Assembly: GCA_047947115.1 (NCBI GenBank)
Contig: CP170459.1
Coordinates: 1,984,001 to 2,048,000, forward strand
DNA: 64,000 nt
Direction: 5' to 3'
Source: Verrucomicrobiota bacterium
GTDB taxonomy: Bacteria > Verrucomicrobiota > Verrucomicrobiia > Limisphaerales > AAA164-E04
Part shown: piece by piece, positions 60,030 through 64,000 of the stretch
Position numbering within the stretch: the stretch's first letter is position 1
Layout: every line of letters begins with the position of its first letter
Made by a program: the position numbers and the translations under genes
Notes under the pieces: generated by a model
What the model was told of the DNA's origin: nothing
The model's input: only the letters and a program-made list of their open reading frames with translations
The model's database searches: none

Positions 60030-61058
60030 ATGAAAAAAGCAATGATCAATAGTGTAGGCGCGGCGATGTTGTGTGTGACCGCGACGGTGCAGGGTGGAGA
60101 GCTCGCCGGTAGCGCTCCCTTCCAATTTCGCTATGCGGCGGATCTGAGTGAGTTACCAGCAGAAGTGGCTCCCAAAGTGCCGGGTGCCCACGGTGGATTT
60201 GCCGTGGATAACAAAACCGGCGAAGTGTTCTTCGGCCTGAAAGGGGCCGGCATCATCTGGATGAGCAACGACCTCACCGAAAAGAAGGTGCTGCCAGTGA
60301 CCGAACCGCTGATCCTCGAGGGGAATTTCCACAACACAACCATTCTTTATCGGGGTGACGGCGAACGATTCCTCGCTTTGCCGGATAACGAACAACACCG
60401 CGTTTACATTGTATCGGATGAAGGCAAATTGGTGTCTGTTCTGAACTCCCCTCTCGATCTGAATGATTACTACGGAGGCGGTGGCGCTTTCAACCCAACA
60501 GACACCGAGTATGCCGACGGCAAGCTGTATGTTGCGGACGGTTATTCAGCCGGAAATTTCATTTCCATTGCCGATCCCTGGACAGCCAGCTGGACGGATG
60601 AATATTTCGGCGGAAAAGCCAGCGGTGCTCGTGAATACGGTTTGTTCGGAACCGCGCACGGAATCACTCTGGAACCACACACCAAACGGCTCGCCATCGC
60701 TGACCGCGCCAACTCGCGCGTTCAGGATTTTGATTTTCATGGAACGTTTCTGGAAAACGTGAATCTCCCTGCAGGATCATTGCCTTGTGACATCGATTTC
60801 TACCAGAGCTTTGTCTTGGTAGGATGCTTGCGTGGACCTCAGGGCTATACTTCGGCTCCCTGCTACGTCGTCGACAAGGACGGTAACCTTCTTTCCGAAG
60901 TGAATCCGAAGAAAGATTTCGGTTTGGAATTGTTCACTCACATTCACAACGCTGCCTGGAAACCTGTCTACGGCGAAAATGGCAAGGTTGAAAAACTTTA
61001 CGCTCTGGCAACCGCCTGGAACCCTGGTGGATTCGCAGTGATGGAAGTGGTGCGATAA
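60030..61058 (+). CDS. secreted NHL-repeat beta-propeller (PAL-like)
   Basis: Signal peptide; HGGFAVD, FNPTD…LYVADGY, TAHGI…IADRANSRVQ, PCD. Confidence 0.75.
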   Translation: MKKAMINSVGAAMLCVTATVQGGELAGSAPFQFRYAADLSELPAEVAPKVPGAHGGFAVDNKTGEVFFGLKGAGIIWMSNDLTEKKVLPVTEPLILEGNFHNTTILYRGDGERFLALPDNEQHRVYIVSDEGKLVSVLNSPLDLNDYYGGGGAFNPTDTEYADGKLYVADGYSAGNFISIADPWTASWTDEYFGGKASGAREYGLFGTAHGITLEPHTKRLAIADRANSRVQDFDFHGTFLENVNLPAGSLPCDIDFYQSFVLVGCLRGPQGYTSAPCYVVDKDGNLLSEVNPKKDFGLELFTHIHNAAWKPVYGENGKVEKLYALATAWNPGGFAVMEVVR

Positions 61059-61077
61059 CCTGAAGACCTTTCTCTTC

Positions 61078-61113
61078 AAAAGCCGCTGGTTTTCACAACC
61101 GGCGGCTTTTTTT
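61078..61113. terminator. bidirectional terminator between convergent genes
   Basis: AAAAGCCGCTGGTT-TTCAC-AACCGGCGGCTTTTTTT. Confidence 0.85.
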
Positions 61114-61158
61114 GTGGCTCCACCCACATAAGGTCTTTGCTTGGGTATTCTGAAAGCT

Positions 61159-62337
61159 TTAAGTCAAACGGGAAACCGGATGACTCATCGGCCCCTGAAA
61201 TTTTTCAAGGTAATAGGCCAGATCGCGGCGATACTCCGAGTCAATGTTCAGTTGGGTGAGTTGCTTGTGAACGATCGCCAATCCTTCGCCGTACGATTCG
61301 GCTTTTCTCGCGTCATCGTATCGTCTTGATGGATCGGGATTGAGCAATCGTTGTAAGATTTCCACGAACTTTTCATTGCGGGTGACATAGGTCGGCAGCA
61401 TGCGGGGGAGTTCCTTGGGGAGACGCCACTTGATCTCTTTCAATTCCTGTTCAGTGATATCCGGGTTGATGCTGAGTGGTTTTCCTGTCATCAGAAACAA
61501 TCCCACCAATCCCACTCCATATACATCCGACTGCACGGTGGCTGGTTGTCGGTCATGTATCTCAGGCGCCATGAACATCGGGGTGCCCAGCAGGATGCGC
61601 GATTTCTCGTTGATCAGGTTGGCACGGCCGAAGTCGATGATCTTCACATAACCCAGCGGGTCGATCATGGTGTTGCTGGGCTTGATGTCACAGTGCAGAT
61701 AGTTGGAGGCATGCAAGGTTTCCAGTCCGGAAAGCATCTGCCGCATGATGTAGATTGCCACTCCCGGCTGGATGCACAATTGTTTGTTGTGCCAATTAAA
61801 AATAATTTTCATCAAGGTTTCCCACTCCCGGCCCGAACACCTGGATTTGACCAGTTGTTGAATGTTGGGGTCGAGGAGTTGAAGAAGCGTGATTCCGCGA
61901 ATCAACTCCATCTGAACGAAACCGATGCCGTTTGTTTCCTCATAGATATCACAATCCACCAGGTTGGGAGATCTTGCCGCCTGCAAGCGAGAAACCTGAG
62001 CTGCAATCCTCCCCATGTCGGTCCAGTACTTTTTGACATTTGGATAAATGCCCGGATCAAACACCTTCACCGCGTGCTCGGTCACGCAACCTCGTGAACC
62101 GTGGCGTTGTGCGTGAAACACCACTCCCTGCTGCCCACTCCCAATGCGTTCCCGAAAACGGTAGGCCACCGGGTAGTAAATGGATTGGGAATGAACAATG
62201 GACTGAAAATTGTCGATCAACTGACGGTGCCCCATCCCTGGCGCGGAAGCCGACACGTCAGAATCAGGAACCATCGCTGTTTCCACCATCGTGGGTGTCT
62301 CGCTCATTGCGATTGTTTCGTCCTGATCTGCTTGCAT
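61159..62337 (-). CDS. Hanks-type Ser/Thr protein kinase (non-RD, cytoplasmic)
   Basis: GSGQQGVV, AVK, HCDIKPSN, DFG, GTPMFMAPE, SDVYGVG. Confidence 0.93.
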   Translation of the reverse strand: MQADQDETIAMSETPTMVETAMVPDSDVSASAPGMGHRQLIDNFQSIVHSQSIYYPVAYRFRERIGSGQQGVVFHAQRHGSRGCVTEHAVKVFDPGIYPNVKKYWTDMGRIAAQVSRLQAARSPNLVDCDIYEETNGIGFVQMELIRGITLLQLLDPNIQQLVKSRCSGREWETLMKIIFNWHNKQLCIQPGVAIYIMRQMLSGLETLHASNYLHCDIKPSNTMIDPLGYVKIIDFGRANLINEKSRILLGTPMFMAPEIHDRQPATVQSDVYGVGLVGLFLMTGKPLSINPDITEQELKEIKWRLPKELPRMLPTYVTRNEKFVEILQRLLNPDPSRRYDDARKAESYGEGLAIVHKQLTQLNIDSEYRRDLAYYLEKFQGPMSHPVSRLT

Positions 62338-62509
62338 GGCTTGATGTTGTCTGGTTGGTCGTAGCTGACAATTTTCACCGCCGAGTCTTCACAGTTTTAG
62401 CCAAAAGGCAAGGATCAACACGAAGGACCATACGAGCAGAATAGAGCCATCTTGGGGAATCCTCTTTTCATGCTGTCTCACTTTTGTGACACTCCCCCCA
62501 TAACCCATC

Positions 62510-63850
62510 ATGAATTTCAAAAACGTAAATGCCTTTTTATGGGGGATGTTGATCACCTTGAACGTGGCAGCTGATTCGGCTAGGCCCAACATCGTGCTCA
62601 TCCTCGCCGACGACCTTGGGTATGGGGATCTCGGTTGCTACGGTAGCCAACTCAACCGAACTCCCAACATCGACCGATTGGCCAAGGAGGGACTGCGGTT
62701 TACCGATTTTCACAGCAACGGCTCCATGTGCACCCCGACGCGTGCTGCCTTGTTGACCGGGCGTTACCAGCAGCGGCTTGGAACAAAATTCGAGGGACCT
62801 TTGAGCGGCAAATCGGATTACCTTGACGGTATGCCGCTTGAAGCGGTGACCATGGCCGAAATGCTCAAGCAGAGGGTTTTTGCGACTGGTATGTTTGGCA
62901 AGTGGCACTTGGGCTATCAGCCTCCATTTTTACCGACACGGCAGGGTTTCGATACCTTCGTGGGCCTGACTTCCGGGGACGGCGATCATCATACCCATGT
63001 GGATCGTTCCGGGCGTCCGGATTGGTGGTCTCAGGAAAAAAGAATCCAAGAGGAGGGATACACAGCCGATTGGCTGACGGATCACGCTATTCGGTTTATC
63101 GAAGAAAAACAGAATGAACCTTTCTTTGTTTATCTGCCGCACCTGGCCATTCATTTTCCCTGGCAAGGGCCGAATGATCCGCCGCACCGTGAAGTCGGAA
63201 CCGATTACTGGAACGACAAATGGGGGATCCTTCCGGATCGAACCAACGTGGCGCCGCATGTCAAGGCGATGGTGGAATCACTGGATGCGAATGTAGGGCG
63301 TTTGATGGAGACTCTGGATCGACTGAATCTGGATGAACGCACCCTTGTTGTTTTTATGTCCGACAACGGTGGTTACCGGTTTTACGGTGATACACATCAG
63401 AACATTTCAAGCAATGGAGCTTTGAGGGGCCAGAAGGGCACCTTGTGGGAAGGTGGGCATCGTGTTCCTGCTATTGCTCGATGGACCGGACGTATCAAAC
63501 CGGGAGAAACGGACGAATCGGTGATGGGATTTGATCTCTTTCCAACCTTCCTGAGTCTCACCGCCAATCGTGTGGAAACCTCTGGATTGATCCTGGATGG
63601 TATGGACCTTTCACACTTGTTGTTACAACGTGAACCTTTGCCTGACCGAACCTTGTTCTGGCGGGATGGCAATGAATTTGCCGTTCGCAGTGGTCCCTGG
63701 AAATTGTTGCACCCGGGCGATCAACAGTTCCGCTTGTTTGATCTCCATCATGATCCCGAAGAGAAGCACGATGTGGCCTCTCTTCGTGCGGATCAAGTTC
63801 GGCGCATGTTGAACCGGTATAAGGCCTGGGAGGCTGAAATGGGATTGTGA
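62510..63850 (+). CDS. arylsulfatase-like sulfatase (S1)
   Basis: Signal peptide, PNIVLILADDLG, CTPTR, GKWHLG, SDNGG, GQKGTLWEGGHR. Confidence 0.96.
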   Translation: MNFKNVNAFLWGMLITLNVAADSARPNIVLILADDLGYGDLGCYGSQLNRTPNIDRLAKEGLRFTDFHSNGSMCTPTRAALLTGRYQQRLGTKFEGPLSGKSDYLDGMPLEAVTMAEMLKQRVFATGMFGKWHLGYQPPFLPTRQGFDTFVGLTSGDGDHHTHVDRSGRPDWWSQEKRIQEEGYTADWLTDHAIRFIEEKQNEPFFVYLPHLAIHFPWQGPNDPPHREVGTDYWNDKWGILPDRTNVAPHVKAMVESLDANVGRLMETLDRLNLDERTLVVFMSDNGGYRFYGDTHQNISSNGALRGQKGTLWEGGHRVPAIARWTGRIKPGETDESVMGFDLFPTFLSLTANRVETSGLILDGMDLSHLLLQREPLPDRTLFWRDGNEFAVRSGPWKLLHPGDQQFRLFDLHHDPEEKHDVASLRADQVRRMLNRYKAWEAEMGL

Positions 63851-63854
63851 TGCC

Positions 63855-64000
63855 CTATTTGCCTGCGGAAGGACGTGGTATGCTGGATGAGATTTGCGTC
63901 AGCAAGTTCTCGTAAATGTTGGGGACCGGCGCGATCAGAACACGTCCCGTTCCCTTGATGACGCTGACCAAACCTTCTCCGGACGCCATCGAACTGAGGA
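63855..64000 (-). CDS. C-terminus of an AIM24-family protein; gene starts beyond the window
   Basis: Manual translation …SMASGEGLVSVIKGTGRVLIAP…*, matching the SGEG…GTG.V end of AIM24 proteins. Confidence 0.6.
   Translation of the reverse strand, partial: LSSMASGEGLVSVIKGTGRVLIAPVPNIYENLLTQISSSIPRPSAGK

Overview
64 kb of bacterial chromosome, mostly housekeeping and envelope genes. The lineage is inferred, not proven, to be Verrucomicrobiota/PVC, from orphan prepilin/DUF1559-like genes, three sulfatases, CotH/lamin-tail and CRTAC1-like secreted proteins, LpxI and a type II glutamine synthetase. About 45 CDSs are supported, including gluQ, rny, secA, a 1581-aa pyruvate:ferredoxin oxidoreductase, moxR, thyA-folA, cobB, lpxI and glnII. 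No rRNA, tRNA, CRISPR array, prophage or intact transposase was seen. Highlights: (1) four otherwise unrelated secreted proteins end in the same ~60-75 aa C-terminal module finishing in [RQ]-F-[FY]-R-[LVI], a candidate protein-sorting or secretion signal; (2) a ~138-aa mini-kinase coupled to a PP2C phosphatase, divergent from glnII, which has a sigma54-type promoter; (3) two copies of a 123/124-bp TA-flanked MITE; (4) a secreted protein of four ~190-aa repeats; (5) two pseudogenes (histidine-kinase ATPase domain and AAA_14 ATPase) plus a 57-aa ORF absent from the ORF track; (6) a potentially structured intergenic element upstream of a Na+/solute symporter. All calls come from reading motifs by eye; no database search was run.
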